From NCBI GenBank assembly GCA_004376895.1, contig SOIH01000236.1, positions 6,452 through 70,451 of the forward strand: DNA of 64,000 nucleotides, given 5' to 3'. Below are positions 62,935-64,000 of this stretch, in pieces (the stretch's first letter is position 1; every line of letters begins with the position of its first letter). The notes beneath the pieces are model-generated. The model worked only from the letters and a program-made list of their open reading frames with translations, searched no databases and was not told the origin of the DNA. The DNA comes from Anaerolineales bacterium (lineage in GTDB: Bacteria; Chloroflexota; Anaerolineae; Anaerolineales; E44-bin32). Both the position numbers and the translations under genes were made by a program.

Positions 62935-64000
62935 ATGGAGCATAATGAGGAGACCGTCGGGGAAGAAATCCTTCCGGAGAAGGAGGTTGAAGACCGGGCG
63001 GAACACCCGATGGAAGCCCTGCTTCAAGCAGAGGCATATGAACTAAAGACGCCGAAACGCGGCGAAATTAAGACAGGTACGATCGCGCGTATCACCGATT
63101 CGGACATCCTGGTAGACATTGGCGCCAAGTCAGAGGGCGTCATTCCCAGCCGAGAACTCGATCAACTCTCAGATGAGCAGCGAGCGGAAATGGTCGTTGG
63201 GGAAGAGGTGGATGTTTATATCGTCCGATCTTCCGGCCGCGACGGTTCGATGTTGCTGTCACTCTCGCGTGCGAAAGAAGAACAGGATTGGAAAGAGGTT
63301 GAAAATCTTCAAGAAACGAGCGAGATCTATGAGGGGACAATATCGGGGTACAACAAGGGCGGTCTTATTGTTAAGTTTGGACACCTTCGAGGCTTCATCC
63401 CTGCATCTCAAGTAAGCATCTCACGACGACGCCGTTCAGAAGGGGAAACGCCCGATCAGCGATGGGGCGAGATGGTCGGTGAGCCGATTGTGGCGAAGGT
63501 TATTGAAGTTGATCGACGCCGGAATCGCTTGATCCTCTCGGAGAGAGCGGCGTCGAGAGAATCGCGCGATGCGCTAAAAGAACGACTTATCACAGAACTG
63601 GAGCCAGGCGAGGAGCGCACAGGTACGGTTATCAGCCTGGCGGATTTCGGCGTGTTCGTGGATATTGGAGGCGCCGATGGATTGGTCCATATTTCGGAAT
63701 TATCTTGGAGGCGCGTTGCGCATCCGAAGGAGTTCGTGAATGTCGGTCAGGAAGTGAAAGTAAAAATCCTTGGCGTCGATCCGGATCGAAAGCGGATCAG
63801 CCTCTCGATGCGGGAGCTTGAACCAAACCCCTGGGATGAAGTCATGGAGGGTTTCCAAGAGGGGCAGCTTGTTGAGGGGACAATTACCAAACTCACGAAG
63901 TTTGGAGCATTTGCCTCTCTGGCAGGCGTGGAGGAGTTTGAGATCGAAGGCCTAATTCACATCTCGGAACTCTCTGATCAAAGAATTGAGCACCCGCGAG
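62935..64000 (+). CDS. rpsA: 30S ribosomal protein S1 (3' end outside window)
   Basis: Open frame to the window end with repeated S1 domains (GTIARITDSDILVDIGAKSEGVIPSREL; GTISGYNKGGLIVKFGHLRGFIPASQV; GTVISLADFGVFVDIGGADGLVHISEL; GTITKLTKFGAFASLAG). GGAG lies 11 nt before the ATG at 62935; the in-frame ATG at 62926 is also possible. Confidence 0.9.
   Translation, partial: MEHNEETVGEEILPEKEVEDRAEHPMEALLQAEAYELKTPKRGEIKTGTIARITDSDILVDIGAKSEGVIPSRELDQLSDEQRAEMVVGEEVDVYIVRSSGRDGSMLLSLSRAKEEQDWKEVENLQETSEIYEGTISGYNKGGLIVKFGHLRGFIPASQVSISRRRRSEGETPDQRWGEMVGEPIVAKVIEVDRRRNRLILSERAASRESRDALKERLITELEPGEERTGTVISLADFGVFVDIGGADGLVHISELSWRRVAHPKEFVNVGQEVKVKILGVDPDRKRISLSMRELEPNPWDEVMEGFQEGQLVEGTITKLTKFGAFASLAGVEEFEIEGLIHISELSDQRIEHPR

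Noticed and set aside
1-64000. CRISPR arrays, tandem repeats, IS elements, integrases and prophage or defence islands.
   Set aside because: Non-coding gaps are all 631 nt or shorter and contain no regularly spaced direct repeats. No transposase, integrase or recombinase-like ORFs are present, and I saw no terminal inverted repeats or tRNA-flanked boundaries. Gene content is largely housekeeping throughout.

Overview
Dense, mostly housekeeping bacterial chromosome segment with about 57 protein genes on both strands. I found no rRNA, tRNA, CRISPR array, transposase or integrase. The gene content (ADP-forming acetyl-CoA synthetase, many GAF/PAS/REC signalling proteins, BMP-type nucleoside ABC transporter, spermidine-synthase-like membrane protein) fits a Chloroflexota/Anaerolineae-like organism. 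That assignment is inference only.

Main blocks, in order:
- btuF/fecCD-like ABC importer (5' end cut by the window edge)
- HD hydrolase, surE, REC regulator, rlmD-like methyltransferase
- a six-gene DUF2089 / beta-solenoid / GNAT / SHOCT-like / DUF360 envelope-type cluster
- thrC, multi-GAF kinase, MBL-fold protein, asparaginase II, rsmG
- recF, def, a cNMP-binding membrane protein, ftsK
- BMP nucleoside ABC operon, murJ, C39/TPR protein, purA
- LysM protein, J-domain protein, ACD plus a stand-alone Pta N-terminal-domain gene
- rnhB, GT2, NERD-like protein, NfeD, FHA protein, OsmC, pcm
- spermidine-synthase-like membrane protein, esterase
- a proteostasis neighbourhood (clpB remnant, hsp20, two coiled-coil paralogs, htrA, cbpA-like) followed by REC-GAF and REC-GAF-PAS-HK genes
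- YprB-like RNase H-fold protein, chlI plus VWA, and the start of rpsA

Most interesting observations:
1. chlI ends in an A9 run, and the -1 frame from that run is open all the way into the downstream VWA (ChlD C-terminal-like) ORF. This suggests either dnaX-style recoding or a homopolymer indel.
2. Four adjacent genes in the envelope-type cluster share a SHOCT-like helix motif.
3. A near-consensus promoter with an UP element drives about 340 nt of GC-rich, hairpin-rich sequence with no obvious gene.
4. A recurrent TGcTAnnnT extended -10 sits 6-10 nt before ATG starts, implying leaderless mRNAs.
5. A decayed clpB N-terminus lies divergent from hsp20.

All family calls rest on motif recognition by eye. 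No database search was run.
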